From: Deinococcales bacterium
Lineage (GTDB): Bacteria > Deinococcota > Deinococci > Deinococcales > JAAFIG01
NCBI GenBank assembly: GCA_031414595.1
Contig: JANNVX010000064.1
Coordinates: 9,283 to 73,282, forward strand
Reading direction: 5' to 3'
Length of the DNA stretch: 64,000 nucleotides
Shown here: piece by piece, positions 1-9,167 of the stretch
How the letters are laid out: every line of letters starts with the position of its first letter
Numbering within the stretch: the stretch's first letter is position 1
Program-made: the position numbers and the translations under genes
Notes under the pieces: model-generated
The model's input: the letters and a program-made list of their open reading frames with translations, nothing else
Told to the model about the DNA's origin: nothing
The model's database searches: none

Positions 1-297
1 AGCACAACAACGACTCCAAGCACAACGACAACTCCAAGCACAACGACAACTCCAAGCACAACAACAACAACAACAACCCCAACAACCCCAAGCACGACAA
101 CAACCCCAACAACTCCAAGTACGACAACAACTCCAAGTACGACAACAACTCCAAGTACGACAACAACTCCAAGTACGACAACAACTCCAAGCACAACAAC
201 GACTCCAACTACAACAACAACCCCAAGCACAACAACGACTCCAACTACAACAACAACCCCAAGCACAACAACGACTCCAAGTACGGCGACAGCCCCT
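1..297 (+). repeat. Coding tandem repeat encoding PSTTTT units
   Basis: 18-nt unit ccaagtacgacaacaact occurs 4 times perfectly at 115-186, with degenerate copies on both sides. Confidence 0.9.
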
Positions 298-576
298 GAC
301 CCAACCATCACAGCGCCAATCATTCCAGTTGCACCTACCGCCGAGTTAATAGAATTGCGTCGCCTTGTCCAAGAAGATTTACGTCTCGAGTATGCTGGTT
401 TTTCAATTGGCACAGTTAAAAAAGCCTTCTTTCAATCCAGTCGTGGTCTGCTATCAATTGCAGAAGGCGATCCCCTCATTCGTGATTCCAGTGTTATTCT
501 GAAATCGGTAAGCCCCACAGAAGTGGTTTTGGCACTCGGCAATGAACTCTTAACTCTACCTTTGGTGAAACGGTGA
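1..576 (+). CDS. 5'-truncated type IV pilus assembly protein (PilW/PilP-like) with long Thr/Pro/Ser stalk
   Basis: Frame 1 is open from base 1 (STTTTPSTTTTP...) and continues into the tracked 355..576 ORF. It ends in a ~65 aa beta-rich domain (LEYAGFSIG...SVSPTEVVLALG) and lies upstream of pilQ. Confidence 0.75.
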   Translation, partial: STTTTPSTTTTPSTTTTPSTTTTTTTPTTPSTTTTPTTPSTTTTPSTTTTPSTTTTPSTTTTPSTTTTPTTTTTPSTTTTPTTTTTPSTTTTPSTATAPDPTITAPIIPVAPTAELIELRRLVQEDLRLEYAGFSIGTVKKAFFQSSRGLLSIAEGDPLIRDSSVILKSVSPTEVVLALGNELLTLPLVKR

Positions 577-584
577 GGTCGCAC

Positions 585-1508
585 ATGAAGATTCAAATTT
601 CGTTACTCGCAATGGTACTCTGGATAGGGGCAAGCGTCGGTTTAGCGCAACAACCCTATGATGATCGCTTGCCCAAAGAAGCCCGTTTTGATCAACGCGT
701 GACGGTCAATTTGCCATCTGGTATTGACCTCAACACCTATATCAAAGAACTTGCTGGCACAATTGGATTACAACCAATTCTCGAGAACGTCCCGCAATTA
801 GCCGTGAACTACCCTCTGAACGATGTGAAATTCCGTGATGCTTGGAATGTCACAATGGCACTTGGTAATTTTGATTATGAATTACTGGGTAATGTGATGG
901 TTGTTTCTGATAAAGCATCTATTGAACGCTTGCGGGTTCTTAATGCCAGTCCAGCCTCACTTCCAACCAGCACTCCAAACGCCTTGTTGGCTCTAAATTT
1001 TACAGCCGGTAAAACCCTTGAAGGGGCCGTGCGTGATGTCGTGGCATTGGCAAAATTACAAGTCATTCCGGTCAACATCCCAAACCGCAACATTGATTAC
1101 AACCTAAGAGGCTTGCCCCTGCGTTTGGCTTGGAACGTATTGCTTGCATTGGGCGCACTTGATTATTACATCGTTTCAAACGACATCGTGACCGTTGGTG
1201 CAAGTGCCGCCATTGACCTACTGCGTCCTAAACCAGCCGTGGTTGTGCCTGTGGTGATTGCACCTCCTGTAGCCGTTCGCCCAGAACTCGAGGTCTTTGT
1301 AGATACGCAAAAAGTTGAATTTGTTGGCTTTGTGCTTTCTTCAGAAGTACGCAAGGCGGTGTTTCGCACTGCCCAAGGAATCAAAGTGGTGGCGGTTGGC
1401 GGTTCGCTGGTCAAAGACAGCAAAGTAGTCTTACGTTCATTCTCAGAAACAGAAGCGGTTCTCGCATTGGGCGATCAAACCATTACACTCAAGTTACAAA
1501 AACCATAA
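585..1508 (+). CDS. Secreted pilus-associated protein: two secretin-N0-like domains plus C-terminal PilP/PilW-like domain
   Basis: Signal peptide; ATG at 585 follows GAGGT. The N-terminus (DDRLPKEARFDQRVTV...DYELLGNVMVV) aligns by eye to the PilQ N-terminus, and the C-terminus aligns to the C-terminus of the upstream gene. Confidence 0.75.
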   Translation: MKIQISLLAMVLWIGASVGLAQQPYDDRLPKEARFDQRVTVNLPSGIDLNTYIKELAGTIGLQPILENVPQLAVNYPLNDVKFRDAWNVTMALGNFDYELLGNVMVVSDKASIERLRVLNASPASLPTSTPNALLALNFTAGKTLEGAVRDVVALAKLQVIPVNIPNRNIDYNLRGLPLRLAWNVLLALGALDYYIVSNDIVTVGASAAIDLLRPKPAVVVPVVIAPPVAVRPELEVFVDTQKVEFVGFVLSSEVRKAVFRTAQGIKVVAVGGSLVKDSKVVLRSFSETEAVLALGDQTITLKLQKP

Positions 1509-1524
1509 TTCTCGAGGTATAGTG

Positions 1525-3075
1525 ATGAACATGACAAAACTCAGAAACGTACTTCTGGTCGCTTTTTTCGCCCTCTCGAGTTTATGCGCCCCAGCCTTGG
1601 GACAACGAATCACCAATGATCGCTTCCCCAATGACGCACGATTTGACCAATTGGTAACGGTAGACATTCCTAGCAGTGGGATGGAATTATCACAGTACCT
1701 ACGTGAACTTGCCAGCCTAGTTAAACTCCAAGCCACCACTGAAGGTATTGCTGCTAAGAATGTGTCGTATAACTTCAAAGCCATTCCATTTCGTCAGGTG
1801 TGGAGCATGGTAGTTTCTTTGAACAACCTTGATTACGAACTCCTGCCTAATGATGTGGTGGTGGTTGGTCCTCCAGAAGTGGTGCAGAAATTCCGTCCAC
1901 CCGCCCCTGTTCAAACCGTAACCCCAACCAATACCACGCCAGCCGCAGTTTTGGTGGTTAAAACTTACGAAATTAAGTCCAACGCCGAAAATATCGCTAA
2001 GGCACTCAGCGCCCAATTTACCGATGTAAAAATTGTGCCTGTGGTCGGAACAAACAAATTGGTGATTACTGCCACACAAAGTCAGCACACTGATATTGCC
2101 GCGTTATTGGTACAAATTGATATTGCCAACACAGCACCCGTCGTGACCGATAGCTCAAGAATTGTACAGGAATTGTATGCGGTATCTTTTGGTAAGGCTT
2201 CTCGTTTAGCCGATATTCTAAAGCAATTGGTGGCAGGACCCACCACCACAGGCAATACAACCACTGGAACAGCCGCACCAAACGCTGTCGCAGTCCAAGC
2301 AGTTCCTAATATCAGCATTGTTGCCGATGACACCTCAAACACACTGATTATTCGCGGACCTGAAGCCTCGATAGCTGGATTAATTGCCTTGGTGCAAAAA
2401 CTTGATAAACCACAGCAATTGGTCAACATTGGGATTCGGATTCAAGAAAATAACGATTCTGCAACCCGTTCATTAGGTGTTGATTGGAAAAGCATCGGGC
2501 TTGGTAACTTCTCTGGTTCGATTATCGGCGGAGCGCTAAACTTTGTGGCAGACGCAACCAATAGCTTGGCTGGGTTAAATGTGACGGCTGCTTTGAACGC
2601 CCTCGAGACCCAAGGCTTATCGCGCCGAATTAACGACACAACCCTGACCGTTCTTAACAATGGAACTGGCTCTGTTCGTTCTGGTGGTCGAATCGAATTA
2701 AGTATTCCTGGAACAGCCACAAACATCAACAAAACCCTGACATTTGGTGTGAAAATTGATGCTTCGCCAACCATTGCCGCCGATGGCAGCATTACTCTGG
2801 ATCTGAATGCTGAAGTGAGTTCGGTTCAAAATGCAGCCAATCCAAACCCAAACCGTATTGATTTTGTGGATAACACCGCTAAGTCCATTGTTCGCTTGAA
2901 GTCTGGACAAACACTCTTACTGGCAAGTTTACTCGCCACAACCCAAGACACAACCACCTCGGGAGTGCCAATTCTGAGTGCAATACCTCTGATTGGTGAT
3001 TTGTTCAAGACCACCAAAACTCAAGATGACCAAAAGCAACTTCTGGTTGTGATTACAGCCGACATCATCAAATAA
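1525..3075 (+). CDS. pilQ: Type IV pilus/competence secretin
   Basis: Signal peptide, N domains with (G/A)KASRLADIL and VADDTSNTLIIRG, and a secretin C domain (LGVDW, ALETQG, GVPILSAIPLIGDLFK). Confidence 0.9.
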   Translation: MNMTKLRNVLLVAFFALSSLCAPALGQRITNDRFPNDARFDQLVTVDIPSSGMELSQYLRELASLVKLQATTEGIAAKNVSYNFKAIPFRQVWSMVVSLNNLDYELLPNDVVVVGPPEVVQKFRPPAPVQTVTPTNTTPAAVLVVKTYEIKSNAENIAKALSAQFTDVKIVPVVGTNKLVITATQSQHTDIAALLVQIDIANTAPVVTDSSRIVQELYAVSFGKASRLADILKQLVAGPTTTGNTTTGTAAPNAVAVQAVPNISIVADDTSNTLIIRGPEASIAGLIALVQKLDKPQQLVNIGIRIQENNDSATRSLGVDWKSIGLGNFSGSIIGGALNFVADATNSLAGLNVTAALNALETQGLSRRINDTTLTVLNNGTGSVRSGGRIELSIPGTATNINKTLTFGVKIDASPTIAADGSITLDLNAEVSSVQNAANPNPNRIDFVDNTAKSIVRLKSGQTLLLASLLATTQDTTTSGVPILSAIPLIGDLFKTTKTQDDQKQLLVVITADIIK

Positions 3076-3088
3076 ACCAAGCACCAAC

Positions 3089-3116
3089 AAAATGCCCCCA
3101 AGTTTGGGGGCATTTT
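3089..3116. terminator. Bidirectional intrinsic terminator
   Basis: aaaatgccccca-agtt-tgggggcatttt lies between convergent pilQ and the DUF790 gene. Confidence 0.9.
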
Positions 3117-4357
3117 TATATTGGGTGAACCAAGGAATTCGGCAAGCGTTCGGCGAGTTTCAGCACATTTTTAGGCTCGAGAACTCCTTTGAACCAAATA
3201 ATTTGATTGTTGTAGCGCTCGAGTTTTAGGGCGGTTTCTTTGCCTAAATTCAGGCGTTGTGAAACTGCCAAAATCAAATCTGGGCGCTCGGAGGCTTGAA
3301 TTTTTCGCAGTTTGCGTTCTAAATACTCGGCTCGCCAGTAGCCGATAATCTCAAGTAAAAGGCTGCGCCCGTCTGGGTGAACCAGCCTAAAATCTGGAAT
3401 CATGACTGTGCCGCCTAGGTCTACAATGTCTACTTCACGCTCGAGTTGCCAATCGGTTTGGGTAAGTGCAAAACGACTGGCAAAAGATTGCTCGAGCAAA
3501 CTGTCAAACATTTTTCCAGCGCTGTAATGTGATTTTAAGGTTGTGCTGTCGTTCAAAACGTATTCGGCTTCGTCCCTAGAACCATCGTAATGGCGCACTT
3601 GGATTTTACTTTGTAATGTCCATTTGGAAACATGCAGCAGGGCGGGTAAAAACTTGGCAAAAGCGATGCCATACCGTGTGCTGGGTTGAAATAAACTCGA
3701 AGGACCATCGAGCATAATGGTGTAGCCTGCATCTGGATCGCCGTTAATACGGTGCATTAAACCAAAGAGTTTTAGGTATTTGAACAACAGCTTGTACTGC
3801 CCGGGGTTGTTGCGGTGGGCTGTCACAAGCAATTCTGAGGCACGGTACAAGATACCTTGGGCTTGTGCAAGGTTATAGCGCGTCAGCAGCCATTCTGGAG
3901 TCGGGGCAGTAAAGGCAATAATTTGGGCTTCGCGCAAGTCGGCGTACAGGCTTTGTTCTAGGTTGACTCGAGTAATGGGTCTGGGTAAACCTGCGCTGAG
4001 TGTTGTTGCTACCATCTCGAGGGTTTGAGCGGCAGTGGCTAGGCTTGGGCGGTGCTTGGCTGCCATGGCAAAGACTTCGGCTCGAGCTACTGCGGGTTCA
4101 ATACTGCTTTGGGCGCTAAATTCACAACTTTCGGAGTACAACAAATGGGCTAACCCTCGGCGAACTCGGTAATCGGTGCTGTCGGCTGTATCCGCCTCGA
4201 GTGCTTCGTCTAGATCACGTCTTGAACGCCCATGATGCACTTCAAATAACAAAATAATGCCTCGAGCCAATTCGAGGTTATCGGCACTTAGCTCGAGGGC
4301 GTGGGGGGTAATAATGCCACCACGAAAAACATTGATTAAAAATTCGGTAGGTAGCAC
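3116..4357 (-). CDS. DUF790 family (Bax1-like) PD-(D/E)XK endonuclease
   Basis: YNLAQAQGILY, LDGPSSLF...RYG..FAKFLPALL and IPDF...LEIIGYW motifs. GTG start has CATAAT 6 nt upstream. Confidence 0.85.
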   Translation of the reverse strand: MLPTEFLINVFRGGIITPHALELSADNLELARGIILLFEVHHGRSRRDLDEALEADTADSTDYRVRRGLAHLLYSESCEFSAQSSIEPAVARAEVFAMAAKHRPSLATAAQTLEMVATTLSAGLPRPITRVNLEQSLYADLREAQIIAFTAPTPEWLLTRYNLAQAQGILYRASELLVTAHRNNPGQYKLLFKYLKLFGLMHRINGDPDAGYTIMLDGPSSLFQPSTRYGIAFAKFLPALLHVSKWTLQSKIQVRHYDGSRDEAEYVLNDSTTLKSHYSAGKMFDSLLEQSFASRFALTQTDWQLEREVDIVDLGGTVMIPDFRLVHPDGRSLLLEIIGYWRAEYLERKLRKIQASERPDLILAVSQRLNLGKETALKLERYNNQIIWFKGVLEPKNVLKLAERLPNSLVHPI

Positions 4358-4426
4358 AGGGCTATTATGCCAGAGAAACGAGGTTTTGATTTTAAGGGCG
4401 TTCTGTGTCTCGAGTCCGACAGCGCT

Positions 4427-4969
4427 CTATGTTTCGAGTCCAATGGCAAAAATTTCCGAGTCTCGAGTCAAAAGCTGTACCCTTGGCAATGGAAGTAACG
4501 CAGGACCAGAGACACTTTTGCCTGCCATTTCAGGGTCAAAAGCACTAAAATGACAAGCACACCCAAGCACTGGATGCTCAAATTCTGGACGGTACTTGTA
4601 TGCCATGGCAGTAATTTCTGGGTTTTTGATGTACTCAACGTTACAACGCAAATGCGTGCAATTTCTGGATAGGGCGATAAAGTGCTTGCCTGAAATACTA
4701 ATCCCACCAATTTGTGGTTTTTGTACCCGTACCAAAATAGCTGGAGTTGAACCGATTTTGAACTGCACCGCATCCCAGATTTTAGGTAAATCGGAGACTC
4801 GAGCCACTCGGACTTTAGGGGCTGCCACAAATTTGGGGGTGCTGCTTGGGGCAGGTTTACCGACTAAAATATTCCATGACCGAATGCCCAGCCAAGTAAA
4901 AAAACTCGCCACACCTGCAACAGGTGCGACCCACCAATACTCGAGGATTTTACGACGGGAAAGGGGCAT
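4427..4969 (-). CDS. Tat-exported Rieske 2Fe-2S protein
   Basis: SRRKIL twin-arginine motif; CTHLRC and CACHFS iron-sulfur boxes. ATG placed at 4969. Confidence 0.85.
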   Translation of the reverse strand: MPLSRRKILEYWWVAPVAGVASFFTWLGIRSWNILVGKPAPSSTPKFVAAPKVRVARVSDLPKIWDAVQFKIGSTPAILVRVQKPQIGGISISGKHFIALSRNCTHLRCNVEYIKNPEITAMAYKYRPEFEHPVLGCACHFSAFDPEMAGKSVSGPALLPLPRVQLLTRDSEIFAIGLET

Positions 4970-5014
4970 AGAGGCAAAAGGCGACAAGGCAAGGGCGAAG
5001 GGCAAAGGTAGAAG
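4970..5014. repeat. Intergenic heptamer tandem repeat (GGGCRAA-like)
   Basis: aggcaaa aggcgac aaggcaa gggcgaa gggcaaa ggtagaa. Confidence 0.65.
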
Positions 5015-5017
5015 TAT

Positions 5018-6160
5018 TCATGGTTTTAGACCAGTCACGAATTTGATGATATTTTCTAGGTCTTTTCCTTGGATGTTTTTGAAGGCTGGCATTTCTTGGT
5101 TGCTCGAGCCGTTGGCTAGTTGCTTTTTGAGGAAGTCTGGGCTTCTGGCTTTTGAGGAAGTTTTTAAGTTTGGTCCAACCAGTCCTTGGGCTTCTGCGCC
5201 GTGGCAGCCAGCGCAGCTTTGGGCAAACAGTTTTGCACCGGGGTCAGCTTCACGTAAACGTGTTTTAGCGGCGGCAATTAAGTCTGGAATTCGTGCGCCA
5301 AAGGCTTTATCCTTATTGACTTTTAGAAATTGTTCCCATGCAGCAATTGCCCCTTTAGGGTCGTTTTTAGCGCTAAAACGAATGTTGCCAATCGTTAGCC
5401 ACGCTTCGGCATTACCGAGTTTTGCGGCGGTCTCGAGTAAGGTCAGGGCTTGGTCGTAATCGCCATTAAAAAAAAGAATCTGTCCGTAACGTGATAAAGC
5501 ATGGATATTTTCTTGGCTCGGTTTGGTTGGTTGGTTCTTTTTGGCTGTGTCGGTGAATTGTCTTAAAGCTGCTCCGTAGCCTTTGGCTGCATCTTCAAAA
5601 CGGTCTAACTCCCATGCCACATCGCCGTATTTCATCAGGGTCTCGAGTGAAAATTCTAAGCGCCTAGCTTCGGGTAGGGTTTCGTTTTTCTTAGAGGTCT
5701 GGTTCAGTTCTGCCGCCAGTTTAAGGAGTTCTTTTTGATTGGCGTAAAGCTCACGTTCGACTGGTCTAAGGGCTAAATTCTCGAGGGCTGGAACTGCGAA
5801 GGCACTTAAACCCCCGAGTAGTACAGCCGTTAAGGTAAATAATAAGATGCCACCACGTAAACTGGCTCGAGATGGATTTTTAACTGGTGTTTCTGCTGTG
5901 GCTTCGATGACTTGCAAAATTTTAGCGGCTCGAGTTTCGTCACGCAAGCGAAAACGTTCATAATCTTGGGTGTTGATTTCGCTCTGCTCTTGTTGTCGTT
6001 CAAGTTCTCGAATCTGGGCGTACACAGCGTTTAATTCTTCCTCGAGTTCATCTTTTTTGGTTTTTACACGAATCTGTGCCGAATTACCGCGCAAAGGCAG
6101 TAGTGCAAAAACAGCCAGTAAAACAGCCACCAAGCCGAGCAAAACAAACCACGGAATCAT
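5018..6160 (-). CDS. ccmI: CcmI/CycH-like TPR protein fused to a C-terminal c-type cytochrome
   Basis: N-terminal TM helix and coiled coil, second TM helix, TPR helices, C-terminal CAGCH heme motif and EMPAF distal Met. Confidence 0.75.
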   Translation of the reverse strand: MIPWFVLLGLVAVLLAVFALLPLRGNSAQIRVKTKKDELEEELNAVYAQIRELERQQEQSEINTQDYERFRLRDETRAAKILQVIEATAETPVKNPSRASLRGGILLFTLTAVLLGGLSAFAVPALENLALRPVERELYANQKELLKLAAELNQTSKKNETLPEARRLEFSLETLMKYGDVAWELDRFEDAAKGYGAALRQFTDTAKKNQPTKPSQENIHALSRYGQILFFNGDYDQALTLLETAAKLGNAEAWLTIGNIRFSAKNDPKGAIAAWEQFLKVNKDKAFGARIPDLIAAAKTRLREADPGAKLFAQSCAGCHGAEAQGLVGPNLKTSSKARSPDFLKKQLANGSSNQEMPAFKNIQGKDLENIIKFVTGLKP

Positions 6161-6645
6161 AGGTGGGTACTTGCCCCGCTTCCTGCCACATGCCCCGCAC
6201 TATCATGGCTGCGGTCACGTTGCGCCTCGAGTTGCCTACGCACTTGCTCGAGTGCGGCGGGGTTGACTTCTTCGGGGTTTTGATGGCTTGAGCGCTTTAA
6301 GTAATTCCACAACACAGCCCCACCAATCAACAAGACCAAAACTGGCAAAATCCATACCAACATATTCACCCCTTGAAACGGTGGTTTAAGCAGCACCGTA
6401 CTGCCATACTTCCCTGAAAAATAGGCTTTGATTTCGCTTTCAGATTTTCCTGCTTTGACCTGAGATTTGACTTCGGCAAGCATACTGCGGGCAAAATCTG
6501 ATGGACTTTCGGTGATGGCAGAGCCACCACAGACAGGGCAACGCAATTCATTGCCGATTAAACGTGCTTTATTCTCGAGTTCTAAATCGGTTTGTGCCAA
6601 GGAAATCGAGAGGAAAGAGAAAAGTAGAAAAAAAAGAAATTTCAT
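6157..6645 (-). CDS. ccmH: Cytochrome c biogenesis protein CcmH
   Basis: LRCPVC, YG..VLLKPP and W.LP motifs. Confidence 0.92.
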   Translation of the reverse strand: MKFLFFLLFSFLSISLAQTDLELENKARLIGNELRCPVCGGSAITESPSDFARSMLAEVKSQVKAGKSESEIKAYFSGKYGSTVLLKPPFQGVNMLVWILPVLVLLIGGAVLWNYLKRSSHQNPEEVNPAALEQVRRQLEAQRDRSHDSAGHVAGSGASTHL

Positions 6646-7184
6646 TCGACCCCCAGCAGTTTTAAGCCAGCCTCGAGTTCAGCGCGTTCGATTGGCTTAG
6701 GGTAATGTTTTTTTACCACACCATTGGAGTCAATAAAAAAGGTTTCTGGAACACCAAAAAGCGCATATTTGACACTGGTACGCCCAGCATCGCTCGAGTC
6801 ATCCATCATAATAGGAAAACCAAGGTCAAACTGATTGGCAAATTCACGGGCTTTGTCTTCTTTGTCATTATAAGCAATACCCAAGAAAATTACGCCTTTT
6901 TTGCTGTATTCAATTGCTGCCCTCGAGAACATTGGAGCTTCGTCTTTACACGGCACACACCAAGAAGCAAAGAAATTTAAGACCACGGGTTTACCCTTAA
7001 ACTGCTCGAGTTGAATGCGCCCACCGTTAATCAAGGTCAGGTCAAAACTTGGTGCGGGTTTTCCCTCGAGCGCGGCAGTGCTTTTGTTACCCGGCTGCGT
7101 CGGTGTGAGCAAACCACCAAGCAGCACTGCCAAAACAGCGACAATCACTGCGCCAATAATAATGTTCCGAACGGCTGTGTTCAC
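6642..7184 (-). CDS. ccmG: Thiol-disulfide oxidoreductase CcmG/TlpA
   Basis: FFASWCVPC and GVPETFFID; N-terminal TM helix; located in the ccm cluster. Confidence 0.88.
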   Translation of the reverse strand: MNTAVRNIIIGAVIVAVLAVLLGGLLTPTQPGNKSTAALEGKPAPSFDLTLINGGRIQLEQFKGKPVVLNFFASWCVPCKDEAPMFSRAAIEYSKKGVIFLGIAYNDKEDKAREFANQFDLGFPIMMDDSSDAGRTSVKYALFGVPETFFIDSNGVVKKHYPKPIERAELEAGLKLLGVE

Positions 7185-7196
7185 ATTTTCTCCTAC

Positions 7197-9158
7197 TTAA
7201 TCAGCAGCGACCATTTCGCTTTGTTTCCTCAAAGTTTGCACCTGTACGGCTGGGATTAGGGTTAAACCCGCACCAATCACAATAATTAAGCCACCGAACC
7301 AAATCCAAGAGACCAAAGGGCTGTTAATAAATTTTAGGGCAACTTGGCTGCCTTTTTCGTCAGCCGATAAGAAAATCACATAGAAATCGCCTAGGAAGTT
7401 GTACTGCACGGCGGGCGTAGCCACGTTCATCTGTTGGGTTTTGTACTGGTTTTGGGCTGGAAAAAAACTCTGACCATCCAAGAGAATTTCGGCAGCATTG
7501 ACAAAGCGGTCTGGCTGTTCTTCGCCAGCCAATCGCAAATAGGTGATGTCATGCCCAAGGACGGTCTTGTTCTCGCCGATTTTGAAGCTGACTTCTTGTT
7601 CGGTTTTGTACGCACCACTAAAAGCAATACCAAGCGCAATCACGACCACACCAAGATGAGCAATGTACGCGCCGTAACGACGCGGAAAGGCGTTCACAAG
7701 GTCGCCAATCGCGGCTAACCACGATTGCCCAATGGCTTTTTGGCGGCTGCGAATGGCTTTGTCGGTCAGGCGCACCATCACAAAAATGTTAAAGAACGCC
7801 AAACCAACGGTTAGCACCACCGACCACTCTCGAGCGCCCAGAATAAACGCAATCACTGCCATAAAAAGCGCCAGAATTGCGGGGATGGTCAGACTTTCGC
7901 GTAGGCTTTCGCCAGTGGCGCGTCGCCAACCTAGGGCGGGTCCAACGGCTTGGAGTGCCAAAATACCCAGTCCGAGCGGCACACCAACCGCATTAAAAAA
8001 CGGTGGTCCAACCGAAGATTTTGCACCTGTGAAGGCTTCAACAAAGACTGGAAATAATGTACCGATTAAAACCATCGCGGCGTAACTCGAGAAAAGTAAA
8101 TTCCCAAATAAAAACGCCCCTTCTCGAGACACGGGACTGTCCAATTGGTGTTCATCACGGATTAAATGCAGTTTTTGATAGCCAATGCCAAGCGTTAAAA
8201 CCAGCACAATCACCAAGAACCCAAAGAACACTGGTCCGATTGCTCCAGCCGCGAACGCATGAACACTCTGGACAATACCGCTACGGGTTAAAAATGTTCC
8301 AAGCAGCGTGCTGGTGAATGCCGCCACAATCAAACCCATATTCCAGCCAACCAGCATTCGGCGGCGTTCTTGAATTTGCAGGCTATGAATAAAGGCTGTG
8401 GCAAAAAACCACGGAATGACGCTGGCGTTCTCCACAGGATCCCATGCCCAGTAGCCACCCCAGCCTAGCACTTCGTAACTCCACCAACCACCAGAGATAA
8501 TCGCAGCGCTTAAAAATATCCATGCGGTGGTTGTCCAACGCCGTGTTTGCACCAACCACGCCTCACCGACCCGACCTGTTAAAAGGGCAGCCATGGCGTA
8601 AGCAAACGGTACGGTCAAACCAACAAAACCAATGTACATCAGAACCGGATGCACCGCCATCATCCAATGGTTTTGCAGCAGTGCATTTGGACCGCGACCA
8701 TCTTGCGGTGGAATTGGCACTTCAATAAATGGGCTGCCGACACTGGCATTGACCCCCAGAAAAAACGCCAGCACAAAAAACATGATTGCCAAGGCATATG
8801 GACGAAGCGCATCAGGTTTTGCGACCCATGCCAGCACCGCCGTAAAGACCGCTAGAATCCACGCCCAAAGCAGTAAACTGCCCTCGAGCGCTCCCCATAA
8901 GCTGACAATTTTGACCCACAATGGACTGGTACTGACACTGTGGTTTGCCACATAACGCACCGAAGTATCGTTGGTTAAAAGCGCCACCCACAAAATCGCC
9001 AAGCCAGCACTCGAGAATAAAAGGGTAATCCCCGCCGTGCGCCGTGCTGTTAGCTCGAGACGTGCATCTAAGGTTGTGGCTGCTCGCCACGCAGTAATTA
9101 ACCCAAAAACACAGAAGACAAGGGCAGTTAAAACCGTAATTTCACCAATCCAACTCAT
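7197..9158 (-). CDS. ccmF: Heme lyase CcmF
   Basis: WGALEGSLLLW, LLQNHWMMAVHP and WSYEVLGWGGYWAWDPVEN (WWD domain). Confidence 0.97.
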   Translation of the reverse strand: MSWIGEITVLTALVFCVFGLITAWRAATTLDARLELTARRTAGITLLFSSAGLAILWVALLTNDTSVRYVANHSVSTSPLWVKIVSLWGALEGSLLLWAWILAVFTAVLAWVAKPDALRPYALAIMFFVLAFFLGVNASVGSPFIEVPIPPQDGRGPNALLQNHWMMAVHPVLMYIGFVGLTVPFAYAMAALLTGRVGEAWLVQTRRWTTTAWIFLSAAIISGGWWSYEVLGWGGYWAWDPVENASVIPWFFATAFIHSLQIQERRRMLVGWNMGLIVAAFTSTLLGTFLTRSGIVQSVHAFAAGAIGPVFFGFLVIVLVLTLGIGYQKLHLIRDEHQLDSPVSREGAFLFGNLLFSSYAAMVLIGTLFPVFVEAFTGAKSSVGPPFFNAVGVPLGLGILALQAVGPALGWRRATGESLRESLTIPAILALFMAVIAFILGAREWSVVLTVGLAFFNIFVMVRLTDKAIRSRQKAIGQSWLAAIGDLVNAFPRRYGAYIAHLGVVVIALGIAFSGAYKTEQEVSFKIGENKTVLGHDITYLRLAGEEQPDRFVNAAEILLDGQSFFPAQNQYKTQQMNVATPAVQYNFLGDFYVIFLSADEKGSQVALKFINSPLVSWIWFGGLIIVIGAGLTLIPAVQVQTLRKQSEMVAAD

Positions 9159-9167
9159 GCAAACCTC

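Noticed and set aside
1-297. CRISPR array
   Set aside because: The repeats are contiguous 15-18-nt in-frame units encoding a Thr/Pro/Ser linker. There are no unique spacers or cas genes.
4596-5459. 287-aa plus-strand ORF
   Set aside because: It is an antisense shadow of the Rieske and ccmI genes with no recognisable motifs. The same applies to the other overlapping track ORFs opposite well-supported genes.
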